A stretch of 64,000 bases of DNA from Phoronis australis (lineage: Eukaryota; Animalia; Phoronida): contig NMRA01000040.1 of NCBI GenBank assembly GCA_002633005.1, positions 327,362-391,361 on the forward strand, written 5' to 3'. A program made the position numbers and the translations under genes. How positions within the stretch are numbered: position 1 is the stretch's first letter; the number at the start of each line of letters is the position of its first letter. The notes beneath the pieces are model-generated. The model made no database searches and had not been told where the DNA came from. It saw nothing but the letters and a program-made list of their open reading frames with translations. This document shows positions 14,201 through 27,200 of the stretch, piece by piece.

Positions 14201-17200
14201 TTCTGGAAATTTCCATCGACAGAAAATTTCTTTTGGTTGATCCTACATACAAGGAAGAGGCAGTCATGAATGGCAAAATGGTGATCGCCATGAACAAGCA
14301 CCGCGAGATCTGCACACTCCAGATGACCGGTGACATGATGTTACTGAGGGAACAGGTAAGTGTCTCTGATGCACTGAGGTTTTGATACCAGACAGTGGCG
14401 CTGGTGTTGTTAACTTTTTGTGTAGGGCACATTTGAAGTGCGCAAGTTCATTTTTTTACTTTAAGGCTGCCCAACACAGAGTCAAAGGCTTGTAAAATGA
14501 TGTAAAATAGTGAAAATACTAAAAATATATAATAATGTATATAATAATATATAATAGTAATGATAATATATTTTAGTACCGTCACTCATTTTATTTTTAT
14601 TATTTTTACTATTTTATATTCTTATTCGTCAGTAACTGCACGGCATTCCAACATCTATTTGATTTTTTTGTAAAATGATGGCTTTGCAGTGCTCATCCTG
14701 GCAATGTGTGTTAATAAATTTTGAGATTGTAAACGGGTCAATTCAAAAGTTAAGAACTGTTTGTCTGCTCAATACTATTTTGAATTGACAAGTTTTTGAA
14801 TCATTGGGATCTGTAAATTGCTGGTCATGATTTGGTTGGTTTTTTAAGTATAGCTTGATGGATGTGTTGTTTTAAAGGAGCTATGGGATTCTTATTTTTC
14901 GGAATGCATGATATCTCTTTTAGTTTTGAAGTTAATGTCTCTCTGTGAACGTAAATTTGCGTGTTGTCATGACCACTTTGTGTCCTTCCCCAGGTGCTCA
15001 GGTGTTCCAATATGGCAGCTGTAAAAGTGGGTGAAATAACACAACTTATTCAGAAGGCCCTGGAGAATGATGCAAACGCAAGGTCTGTTTTAGCATTATC
15101 CTGTTGACACTCGTTGTTCTAATAAACTCATTGTAATTTATGTGCTCGAGACTTGTGCAGATTGCATTGCATCATGCAATGTTAAAAGAGGGAGGCATTC
15201 AAGTGATGATTTTGTGTTTATGTTTGAATGAATATTTTGATTTATATATCGCACGACTGGCACATTATTTTAAGTTTGAGGTTAAAAGTGTGTACAATGT
15301 TTACGTGTAGAGAACCAGAAATTGCTAAAAGTAAAATTAAAGTCTTTGTGCTGTTAATTTTAAAATTTTTCGCTAAGTATTGTTTGCTTTCAAAGGAATT
15401 AATAAAGGTTTATTTAAGCTGATGTTCATTTTTTGGCTCCAACCAATAAAATTCCCTCACCTGTCTAAAATTTATAATCTCTGTGTAAAACAATCATTGT
15501 TCTCTGTTGGTTACCTATAACTCTAAAAAATCTCGCTGTTAATTGACAGTTTTAGGATATTGCTCTCTCATTGGTTGGGACACTTATTTTTCTATTGCTC
15601 ACAGAGCGAATGGAGCCCAGTTTGGCTTCGCCGAATCAATAACAGCTGACAAAGTGACCACCCATGTCATGACGGAGGAACCCATTGTCATCAACTCGGC
15701 ACACCAAGAAGCCAGGCAGATCATTGACCACAGTTTAGAAGATATGGAGACAGATGACATTGAAGTCCGTATTAAGGTATTACAATGTCAGTTTTGTTCT
15801 TGCATGAGCAGGAAACGTAATAATCATTGTCAAGGACGTCATTGATATCAGCATGGAAGATACAGACACAGATAATACTAAAGTCTTTCTCAAAGGATCT
15901 AAATGTCAGATTTGACCCCTGGTGTCAACTCTGCAACTCGTGCAATGTGTAGTAAAATTTTGTTGATATTGAACGCCGATTGTTTTAAAGAATTTGACAT
16001 AAAACTAGGTCGTGGATCAGCAATGGTGTGAATTCGTGGTTGGAAAAGTACCTGTTGGTTATACAGCATTGTACATTTATTCTAGGGGATGTTTCTCGTT
16101 TTTTGTCTGAGTTTTAGGGCTGCTTTGTTAGAGATACCAGATTTTGGCTTTGTGCATCCTGCAACTCAGCAACATTTTGTACTAAGTTCTGACTTCAAGT
16201 CAGGTTTCCTGCTGATCCAGTGAAAATTCCATTTAAATGACCTCCATGAAGATGTTTTGACCTGCAATGTGGACATCACTTTGATTCCAGTGAGGATGAT
16301 TTCAACTGGAATCATCAGTTTCGAGTCTATGAAAGAAATGTTTGGCCAAGATGTATACAAAGATGTCCCAGTGGTGTCACTAGTTGGATTATGAGAAAGG
16401 GCAATAGCCTGATATAACGTGCCCACATCTTGAGAACCAGTTTGATGCCCGTTATTTAGTGGGGAAAACTGGTTCTCAAAATTTGTGCATGTTATATCAG
16501 ACCATTACCATGAGAAACTGCCTGCTTTTTACTGTCAGAGGAGAACAGGAAATAATTATTAATAGTTTTGTAATCGCGGTAACAAATTTATGTCTACCTG
16601 TTGGTTAAGACAGGAGCTAACCTGTTTATGTTGCAAACTGTGTTATGTTAAAGCGGTTACCTCGCAGTGAATAATGTTCTCTTTGTGACTCTGCTCAGTA
16701 CTGTTCCTAAGGTTTGACTTGGTTCCTGTGTTGTATACACACAGGTACACATGTTTCTGCTGAAACGTCCTGTTGTGTCTTTCTATTTCTTTTACTTCAG
16801 TGGCTGTCTAAAATGCATTCACGTTCCTGAAGAACATATGGATACTCTGTTCTGTGTTGGTAGTAGTAAAGGTTATGTCTGTTGTGAATTTCAGAGTCTT
16901 GGCACTGGTGAGATTGGTGTAGGAGGGGACAATACATGGGGCATTGATGAGGGGCTGAGAGGAGACAGTAAGATCAAAACAAATTTTGAAAAGCCAAAGC
17001 CCACCTCCATGCCTACAGGTAGGCTTGGTCGCAGATCATTTAAGTCAATAACTTACTTCTGAAGTAAGGCTCTATTAATGCAGCACAAAACTTTTTCAAA
17101 TTTAACACATTGAGTAAAGAAATTCAATATTTATGCGCCCACATATTCACATGATCATTTATCGTAACCAGTCTATGGTACACATATGTGTTAATGCCCA

Positions 17201-18565
17201 TACTTAACCATATCCATAACCAGTCAGATGTGTGTAGCACCTACACCTTTTACCATAATCAGAATGTTGTGCCAATCAGACATGAGTTAACGCCCATACT
17301 TTACCATAACCAGGCGTGCGTTCAGTAGACGCTAGGACCTACGCTAGGACCTAGCTAAAACCTAGTCAAAGTCACGTGTTCTAATTTAAAATGCACGGCA
17401 ATATCTCACGTAGTCTCGCGAAGTCTTGCTTTTTAGCGAGGTCCTAGCGTTACTGAACGGGAGGCAGTATGTGGCGTGTCAATCAGAAGTCTGTTAACAC
17501 CCACACTTTACCATAACCAGCATGTGGTGTGTCAGACACAATTGTGTTAACGCCCACTTTTTATCATAACCAGTATGTGTTGTCAGAAGTGTGTTAACTC
17601 CTACTCTTTCACTTACAGGGGGAGATTTAAGTGGAGATAGTGAAGAGGAAACAACGATGATCTTGAGTCAGGAGGAGCTGGGCTTGTCAAGTAAAAGGTA
17701 ACCTTTCTAGATTTAGCACAGAGGATAGTTTAAAACAGTTATGGCCCTGTTATCTTCAAAAAAAACTTAGTTTAGACCACTTACCATTATATAGTTGGTC
17801 TCAAATTGTCCCGTTCTCAGTTTTGAAGGGATGTCAGGGTTTGGAGCAGTTCATTGTGTCTGTGACCAGGGCTATTAGGTTGGCTTCAGGTGACTGGTCA
17901 TTTTGTGCTTCAAGAGTGGCTGCATTTACAAACTGTTTGTTCTCTCCAAGCCAAGAAATCACTTCACTTCCAGTTTTGCAACTATTTGTTGTCTAAATCA
18001 AAAGTTACTGTTATTGCAGAAGGTGGATTCTTGCCAGTTTTGTCATGTCATCATCTTGGCACATCATATAATATAGCTATTGATGTAACAGTCATTAAAA
18101 TATGCAAAGGGTAATTTGGAACAATCCTCAGGGGGCTAGAGATTTATATGTGAGGACATCCATAATACTATAGTGATCAGGAATTGAATTTTACTCAAAT
18201 CAGAAATAGGACTATGGTTGTCGTTTGTAGTTTGAATGTTCGCTGAAATCGGCAATAGTTAGATATTACGTGCCCACATTTGTAGAACCAGTTTGATGCC
18301 CTTTATTAAGTGGAGAAAATTGGTTGTCAAAATGCAGGCACATTTTATCCAAATATTACCCTAAAAATGTTGATTGTAACTAATTAACTTTGCATACAGT
18401 AGAGTTGGCTTGGGACTTTTTGATACAAATGGGTGGGTTTTGATGCAGCTCAACTCTATTGCGTTGTTTGTGACTATTTTTCTTCGTTCCAGTTCGCCAC
18501 GAGATCCTGTCTCCAAAAAAGATAGTGTAAAGAAATCAAAGAAAGTGAAAAAGAAAAAGACTTGA
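2241..18565 (+). CDS. EXOSC9: Exosome complex component RRP45 (EXOSC9 / PM-Scl75), 13 coding exons, about 424 aa
   Basis: GT-AG exons in consistent phase: 2241-2306, 4468-4562, 5195-5314, 5739-5841, 6861-6958, 7437-7476, 8161-8243, 14223-14355, 14994-15082, 15605-15776, 16895-17018, 17619-17697, 18493-18565 (1275 nt). Translation MRETPFSNCEKEFIL..RLDGRQAYDYR..VELSPMASPGFESGR..CIDTESLCIIAGEKVWQLRIDIHTLNHEGNLIDA..ALAHFRRPDVSVSGEEVTV..FLLVDPT..NKHREICT is the RNase PH-fold RRP45 sequence. It ends in an acidic DSEEE..MIL segment and a Lys-rich C-terminus. Confidence 0.96.
6095..7730 (+). repeat. Three related copies of a ~150-200 bp intronic repeat (about 6097-6245, 6305-6500, 7526-7730)
   Basis: Shared AATGTCCAAA..GGC..ACTTC..AACATT..AAATG..TTCTCCAA..AGGAAT..TTGCATGA.GCGCT. 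Confidence 0.55.
8607..12235 (-). CDS. Secreted protein: signal peptide, coiled coil and CASPR/neurexin-IV-type fibrinogen-like domain (about 338 aa), nested antisense in EXOSC9 intron 7
   Basis: Exon 12235-11821 (MHAAQRSLWLLLAAVLSKHTAS then a heptad-rich helix; donor T|GTAAGC, phase 1) joins in phase to exon 9208-8607 (TTTTCAG|AT). This gives YKSSCKELRLAGYLESGHYVIDPDGLGGVQEFHVECDM..CAQSIRYEC..W.SRDG..WG..CSCG..C..CNCDA..WRTDSG..LPVT..GYHTLGPLYCYG*. A partial second copy of the exon (10163-9808) is cut by an N. Confidence 0.8.
8853..11991. other. Two probable haplotype-overlap assembly duplications (8853-9806/9808-10763 and 10842-11414/11416-11991)
   Basis: Each pair of near-identical copies is separated by exactly one N (9807, 11415). 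Confidence 0.75.
10835..11088. mobile_element. MITE with terminal inverted repeats and 5-bp TSD (CTTAT)
   Basis: Ends CATGCGTGCACCCAG / CTGGATGCGCACATG, flanked by CTTAT on both sides, with G/C-run subterminal palindromes. A duplicate copy starts at 11416. Confidence 0.7.
13738..14157. mobile_element. MITE with TGT...ACA termini and 4-bp TSD (GAAT), Ginger-like signature
   Basis: About 45-bp imperfect TIR TGTTGCAGCTCAAACTGATGCCTGCACCAAATTGATTTG / CAAATCAATTTGGTGCAGACATCAGTTTGGGCTGCAACA, with GAAT on both flanks. Confidence 0.65.
17150..17600. repeat. Degenerate ~50-bp tandem repeat in EXOSC9 intron 11 interrupted by a short palindromic MITE (about 17319-17459)
   Basis: Recurrent TTTACCATAACCAG..GTGTTAACGCCCA units. 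The inserted element has CGTTCAGTA...TACTGAACG ends, with related copies at about 38190-38327 and, reversed, about 57033-57160. Confidence 0.6.
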
Positions 18566-21265
18566 TCAGTTTACCTTTTATGCTTTTCACTTTTAAATTA
18601 TATATTTTATATTCACATTGTAATATACTATTTTATTGAAACAGGATGTTTTGAGTTTCATCTTCAGTGCGACTAGATAATGAAGTAGTCTTTGGTGTTG
18701 TGGAAAAAATTGGGATGCATTTAATGTTAGGATCTTAGGAGGGACTAATTTTAGATTGTGCAACAGTTCAGTGCTTACAAAATGACAAATTTCTTTAAAA
18801 GCTTTAATTCATGAGAGTTTATAAATTAATATTGGTATTGGAAAATGGACAAACTTCATAAATAGGTTCAAGTTAGTTACGGGATGGGAATTTTAACTTT
18901 CGTTTTCTTTTCACTCTGCGAAAATAAAAGGAATGCGACACAGTGTCACAAATCAAATTTCATTTTACTGAATTTACTCAGATCTAATCAAAAGGTCTGT
19001 ACTGCCCTACCACCCACAATACTAGGACTTCCCAGAGTGCAAGTTAATTTTTTAACAAATTTAAAGTTAAATTGCACCAAATAAATGCCTAATCATATAT
19101 CTATACCTTGTTAACATCTGTTTTACGAGAAATAGCAACAATGGTGCCTTTGAAATTAAGTCAAGACAATTCTGATATTTTCAGAAATATTGGGAGCTTA
19201 TAGTTTGCAGATGTAGTGTTAATAAAAGTGTTTTTTGTACATATCTATAAACATGTCTCACTGGTCCCCTTACCCACATGCGGTGAGAAATTATTCCCGA
19301 TGCAAGAGAAATCTTGGCGAGACATTCACCTCACCTCTCGAGGCAAAATCCTTACGGATAATTTTGTAATTTTGCCGCAGACGTGACCTATGTGTAGAGC
19401 TTATTTGCATTACTGGCACCTAGCTCTCCATCTACAGTGGCCCTAGAAGGATCAACACAATAAAACACAGGTTCGAGCTCAACATTTATATTACAAAAAA
19501 GTCCATGGCTACAAAAGTAGGGGTACTGCTATTTACAAGTATACAGTGAGAGGTATATGTTTTATGCAAATGAGCATTTTAATAAATAAGTAGACTGGTT
19601 GTTTAGAAATTAAAATTCAAATCAAAGAAAACGTACACCTCTGACCAATGACTATCACATCATGCCATTTATTACGTTTATTGGTATTTAAAGAACACCA
19701 ATTAACATAATATTCAACTCCCCAATTCAGTACTATTTAAAACGATGGCTCGAAATAATAGAAGCAATTCAGGTAACAAAAGCATTTACTTTATTTACTG
19801 ATCTCTATTGTCCACACACCGTCCACTCCAAAACAAAGTTCCCACAGATTCTATGACGAGGTCAGTAAAAGTAAATTTGGTTCTGGTCCATTGCTCTGAA
19901 AATTGATACCGCGGTTTAATATTTTTTAGCTATTAGTGATATCTGCTAAAGAGGTGTTGGAAAAGCTTATTTTCACAGAAATTTACTTGATACGAGCACA
20001 TTAAAATATGCTTTTTAGCTGAAGTTGGACACAAAAAAGACCTACATATTGGCTAAATAAAAGGCTAGCTGGGTTACTGTTATGAAGTGGAAGTGAGTGG
20101 TGAACAAAATATACCCTTCGAAATTAAAACGACACAGAATAGAACAATTAAAACCATCGAAATCTTGTCAACGTATTCGGCCCCGCGTAATACTCAGCTC
20201 GTGTCACACTGAGCACAAACTGGTCAACATAAAAATATACCGAGCTTACAAATCTATTTTGCGGTCACAGGCAACTCACCACCACACATACTCAAAACTC
20301 GGGTAGAAAAATTGATTAGCTCAATTGCACAAATAGCCATTGTGAGGCGGTTCTACGGTGGGGAGCGAGACTTCACCCGGTCCCCAAGCGTGAAGGGCTC
20401 ACCATGAAAAGTAGTCCCGAACTGATCAGTCAACAGCGGCAGCATACAAAACCACAATCATCCATCATCAAACACGCAAGACCAGATCTGTAATTCTCAG
20501 CATTTCAAAGTCATGATTACGTAATCACCATCTCCTCAGGCCCGTGTGTATGTGTGTGCGCGCACGCGCGCGGAGTTCCACACAAGTGACAGAAAATGAA
20601 CCCAGGTCCACCGTCCAATGTGTAATTTTATTTTCCCAACAGCAATTAAGAACACCAACATCGGCACCACGAACCATCAGTTGTTGGACATTATAGTTCA
20701 ATTCTGACCCTTTTATGGAAGCCCGCACAACTCAATATTAGAAAGATCTCCTGCTAGCAATTTCTGACCGTGTAACACACTCAAAACGATAAATCGACTG
20801 AAGCATTATCTCCCCTTTCCGAAATTTCTATTTTCCCAACACTTTCTCACTTTTCACTTTCAAAAATTGTTCTCAAGAGCCAGCTAAAATAGCAATTGTA
20901 TAATTTTGGCACCAGGTCACTAAAGTTTGCACTGATTGCAGAGACAGCAAGAAATTGCTAGCAGAGGACACTGCTACAAGTACTCATATATACAGGACAA
21001 GATACAATAAGTTTTGCAAGCACCGAAGCTAAGAAAACCTTGTTTCACACCGAATTCTTAATTCAGCAGACGACAGGTTCTCCAGGTACGGGACCTACAA
21101 AACCGACTACTTCTCCGAGTGTTTACGTCCTTCTGTATTCTACAACAGACTGAAGGACCAAGTCTGGGAGGCAGTTTGTAGCTGGTTGATTCAACCGAGA
21201 TACATTACATCACAATGACACATATATATAAATATACAGATGCAAGGACCAGGTAGCTGGTTCAG

Positions 21266-24200
21266 CTAGTTGAAGGAGGCAAAGTCTGGCAGGCAGGACG
21301 GCACCATGGTCATGGACACATTGTGGAACCTGTACAGAGAAAGCAGTAACAGTGGATGAAATTTATTCAAATAACAGTAAAACTCGGGCATGCACGAGTC
21401 GGATTGTTGCTTAACTTGTACAAAGGTCAACAGTACCGTTGTTCTGGTTCGTGCACTCGGAACTTCAGATAAGTCAGATTTCGTCATACACGCATAAAAT
21501 ATCCTGTTGGAGCAGATTCATAAAATCATAACCATTTTGTAATTCTTACGTTGAGCTCAACATCCACCTCCGCGACGTATTCTTTCGGTCGCACCCTCTG
21601 AATGTACAACTCAGTAGGTTGACCATGTCTGCGGCACAAAATGGCCATTCTTTTTAAAGGACCATTTCGAAAGACTTTAATTTAACGTCTTTTACTTATG
21701 AAAGGTATTTCAAACCTACCTTTAATCAACATTTACAAAAACACAATTTATAAAATTCAAACCAGAAGTTGTGATGCTGTGATCAACTGGCACAATGCTA
21801 GTAGTGCATGCCTGACAGGCTGAATTGCTGTTGTATTCATTTTACTACCTGTTTCTGGCGTCATTGCTCAAGTCAAATTCAAAACACCATTTACAGAAAT
21901 CGAGCCAAATGCTAAAATTGACCAAAAACTCCTTGAATTCCAATTTAATCCTACTTAATAAAGACACCTGTGAAAATTTTGAAACATTTTCTCACCACAG
22001 GTAGTCATAAGCAGTTTTTATATGAATGGGATTTCATTAGTGTATGTTGGCAGCAAATTTTATTTAATGCAAGTGCTGTTCAAAAGCAAATAAAAAACTG
22101 CTAACATACAACACCAACAAAGCCTTATTCGTATATAAACTATACCAGTACCTACGCTGCTTCTGCAGATTCTATCGTCCTCAGAGACCTCTTAATAAGT
22201 TTGAAATAACACGCTCTTGTATTGGCACACAATGCAATAGCTGATCCAGGTTTATTGCAAAAACGATGAGAACACGTAAACACGTCAACTCTTCTTCCGG
22301 GATCAAAGTGAGAAGCCATATTTTGTTCAGTGGCACTTGAATTAAAGAACTGGACTTCCAACAGCAAGCATGCACGTTGCAACAGAACAGCGGACGGGGT
22401 TACACTTGTTCTTACAAAGAGTTGAACAATTTTTTGACACCCTGTTACTTTTAGGCGATGCTCTCTGAAGACCCATCTGCAACCAAGCTTCAGCTACGAA
22501 TGCTCAGTGCTCACAAAATAAGTACATTGTTATCACTGTTGCTACTCTAACTAACGATGTCATTACTCCCCTTATGCCATTTCCGTTACTGCTATTATTG
22601 AAGGCCAATTAATAAACTCACTTTGCGTGTTTGTACTTCTCCACGATGGCCTGCTGTGGGTTGGAATGGGCGTTCCTCATTGTGTGATACACGTGCGAAA
22701 GGCAGTCGCCAAAGTCCAGAATCTGGTAGCCCGTCACGTGGTACAGGCGCTGGCTCTGGAGGGGCGTAAAGGTAAAGAGTGATTAGAATGGAAGCGGTCA
22801 ACGGTTCCAGGTGTTCTGAACTGACCACTTTATTGTGTTCGGACAACAAATACAGAAGCGGCACCTGTCTGACACAAACGCCACCTATAAGGGACTGTTG
22901 GACTGTATACAACACCAGGCTGGCGAGGAGAAAATGTCGCAGCAGTTAGACAATTTGGGGGGGAACTGGTACGACCAGATTTGGCAGGTGCTAACCATCA
23001 TTGGATGGGTGGATGTCTCGGGACGTTACTCATGTCGACAAGGTGAATTCCGGTGTGTACCAAACATTGCTGAGAGACCCCCTATTGCGGGTGCTAGGTC
23101 TGCTAATTCCCACCCCCATTCGCGGGTTAAAGTTTTCTGCCTCAACGAAATGGAAATTTAGGGGTCTATTGGGCCCCACAAAACTTGCTGAAAAAGTACC
23201 GCCTACCCACAGTTTTTGGTACACGCCTGCGGGTACCTTGTCAATATGAATGACTTCACCGATGGATCTTATAAATTTGGGTGGCTATGCGTCCTTTACA
23301 AAGGAATCCGGACTTTAACACTGCTGTCTCATTCCAAGTTTAAGCTCAGACACATACCCAACAAAATGTTTTTGAAGTAACAGTTGTTAGATGAAGATCA
23401 AGAACAGTGGTCTGTTTCATGAAAAGATTTAAGACAGAAATTTTGTCTTTCACAGTTACCAAATAAAGGTTTAGCCGTGTATTGTGTTAGCACATCACTG
23501 CTTGGAAATAATTTGTACAAATTGTCTCAGTAACTAGCAGTTAGGGGTGTATTCCAAGATGCTTTGGTCTTTTGCTAAATTGTGTTTAAATTCTTTTTCA
23601 GAAATATTTGTGTGTGAGATCAAATTTCTGTCTAAGTCACTTTTCATAACGCAGACCATGGATGAAAGGCAAACCCTGCCATACTTGATATGGGTACCCA
23701 CACTGCTTCTGGCAGCATATCTATTCCCTGTCAGTACAGTTGAACCACGTTACAAAGGACCTCCCTCGAATGTTCAAAGGCACATCGAAACTGAAATTCA
23801 CCATGACCAAATCAGATTGCACAGTCAGTGCATTCGAATCAGGACTTGTTGTGAGCGGGCGTTATAAACTAGGTGCATTGTAATGCAGTTTGACAGTACA
23901 CAGTGCACGTACTTATAGACAGTTACCAGGTTTATGGTTGAAACCACACTATTAAGGTCATGTTTCTTAGGGGCAAAATATTGAAGCTGTTGCAGTGCTA
24001 CAATAGTGAAAAAGGAACACTTCACGTCCATCCAAGGCAATAGAATAGCACGAACAGCGTACAGATCACCACAGCAGTTGGTATTGAGTGCCTTATCTCA
24101 AACAAGCCGTTACCTATGATTAATTGACCTACCCAGGCTGGTTTATGTAGAGCGTAGCTGGCCATACAAACACAGGCAGCAGCGATGGTGCTGGGGAGAA

Positions 24201-27200
24201 AGAACAGGTACCTCTCGGCGTCCACCAAGCTCAGTTCAGCCAGGTACTTCAAGGGAGAGAAAAAAAACAGACTGACAGGAGACAAAAACGTCCATGAAAA
24301 AAGTCACATTAGATGGTAAACCAACCCCTAAACAGGGTTGAAGTCCGTACATTGAAAGTGTAGAATTTAGTGTCATACATACCACATTCGAATAGCACAT
24401 CAAATATTAGCCAGTTACCAGAATATGTCGAAAATTTATCTGCAGCAGTAATACAACGAATATAACTACACAGAAATCAAGCCCTTCAAAAAAATTCTGG
24501 AATTTCTTCCGATTTATGTCCATTTCCCAAAATCTGGGGAAAACTTTTCGATGGGCCTTGCCCAACTTGTCAATTTTCGGTTTCAACATTGCCACTGCTT
24601 GTCCAATAGTAAAATATGACTTGGCATTAGATGGATGAAAGCAATAACTTTGATGTATAAAACAGTGACTAGTTAGGTGACGCAGCATTGTGGGTAAATA
24701 CCATAGAAATAGAGCAATGTTGAGGCATTTCAGAATGGCGCGTTTCCCAGGCTGATGAACACAAGGGACATGGCTATAAATAGATCAGTGGGATTCCACA
24801 ATGGTTGTTCACAAGTTAGCACGGGAATGAACCCAGTCTCCTATACTGTGAGTGATGAAAACGGGATCAGAGACTATCAGTCATCGTCTCTGGAAGGTCA
24901 CATTTGTAGAAAACCAGAACTATTGCCAGGTTGGAGACTAGAAAACTTACTAAAGAATTAACTTGAAATATCATCAATTACATGGCACGCTTCCGACAGT
25001 AATGTTCAAGTTTCAGACGGAAATTTTGCTGGTCGCCAGCCCAGGAAGAGTTCTTGATTTCGGTTTTCTGAAACCACCAAGTCTAGCAGCACTGAGGGAG
25101 CAGGTACTCCTCATGTTCACTGACAAAAAGACAATAGTCACTTACAGATCTGGATTTTGAGAATCAGTTTGATGTCCGTTGTTCTGTGGAGAAAACTAGT
25201 TCTCAAAATGTGCAACAGCTGAGACTATTACAGACAAAAAATGACCTACTTATAATACAGTGGCATTTGCTGTCACAAAGGACGAGTTGAAGAGGACACT
25301 ATTTTACTCTAAATAATTAGGGTGAAACACCGTGCAAAGATTCTGGTAAGCAAAGCGTCCAGTGTACCCACCATAGCCAGAGATTCTACGTCGTCGGCGC
25401 AGCCAGCCTTCTTGATGAACAACTCTATGAAACAGTTTGCCGTGGGTACGGCAACATCAAATTGTAGGGTCTTGAGGATCAAGTGTTCCATGCGCAGCAC
25501 CTACAACACGACAGCTGGTGAGAGGCAAAAGTGAATAGCAAATAATGGGACTGCCACGAACCATTGCATATTTCTATGCGAAATATGGTGAATTTTGATA
25601 TGAATTCAGGGAAAAAATTTGCCTGTCTACACTGCTAAGATGGCTCAGGGCTGTTCCAGCAAAAAAAGTACGGGAGGGTGGAAGGCACCTTCATTTTTAC
25701 CCAACGCCTGGAACAGTTGCCATTGCGGTGTCATTACAAAAAGCGCCCAAAGGAAGCAAATAATTCTTCCTAATAAATTATTTCGGTGAAAATTCTGACA
25801 CGAGCAAAATCTCTTTTCCTCCATACCGCTTTTTAAATTGAAACAAACCCTAACATGGCAAATAAACGAAATACCTGTTTCTTTGTGTAAGTGTCATCGG
25901 TGATATACACAAACTCGCCAACATCGGGAGGGTAGATCTCTTCGTATTTACTGAAATCAAAAAATTATTGTTTACACTTAAACTTGTCGAATGTTAACGA
26001 GGTAACACGCAACATGAAAAGAGTGTCCTGAATCTGGATTTCGAGCACCAAAGTGTACTGTTGTTTACTGATTTTCAGAAAGAAATCAAATTTTTCTTAG
26101 AAAACTGAAGAACATCGACATGACAAGAGTCAGCAGCACAAGACATAACAGAGGATGCGATTCAAGGACATTCCAAGAGCCATTTTCCAGAAGTGCGAGT
26201 ACTTTTCAAGGACCAGCGTCATCAGAGCCATTTAGAAATCAAGTGAATCGGTACAATTTTTGAGTGATTTTTCATTTGTTGGTAGTCTGCTCACTCCATC
26301 TACAGAGCTTCCTGAAAACAAAAGAATTACCCTTGACAAGTACTTAGTAAGAGCAAGTCAGCTAACCAGAACTTGTCATCAAGCCCTGCATTATTATATT
26401 CACACAATGAGCAACTAACATTGCTTAGCAAGCGCTCTACATACAGCTGAGAATGAGGAGACTTACGCGGCTAGAAACATGCTGGCAGCTCCAACCAGTT
26501 GAAGCTTTCCCCGCATGACCTGCATGAGGCTGAGGAACCGATCTATGTAGTCAACAGCCAGGAAGAGCGTCTCTCTGTGTAGCTTGTACTCCTCAGCAAC
26601 CTCAACAAGCCAATCGACCAATATGGCACGCATGTTGTAAGTGATGTCTGTCTGTTTACGCATGTACGTCGGCTTCGGCCGGTGTTTCAGCTGTTGTGAG
26701 AAGAAAAATGCGATTAAAGAACAAGAGACTCAGATACTGCAACTGGTATAAATCCAACTTTTCTGAAATACAATTAAGTCATCTTCATAAACCTCCTTAA
26801 TGCAAGACGTGTCAAGGAAATCGAAGGTATGATTGCCTTAGGTGCAACTGGTTGAACAAACATGATAATGAATTATCTATGCGAATTTGATGCATCTTTC
26901 TTGAATCCATGTAACTAGGTCCCACATACTGCAACAAGAACCTTGTGCCAATGAATCTAGTCACTTAAAAAAACAAGCAAAACAAGGAGCACCAGAGGTA
27001 AACATCCAATCAAAATTGACAGCAGTAATGGCAACACTGCATCCGTCACTTCCAGAATATGGTTGTGCATCTACGGCAGTCACCGCTGTCACCTTTTAGC
27101 AACAAGTAACATCTCCTTGCAATATTGAGTGGTAATTTTTTAACACATCCAACAGACTGCATTTCATTGCGACTAAGTGAGAGACCCCCTACCGGATTCA

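Noticed and set aside
17150-17600. CRISPR-like array
   Set aside because: Eukaryotic intron; the units are degenerate tandem repeats without unique spacers, and there are no cas genes.
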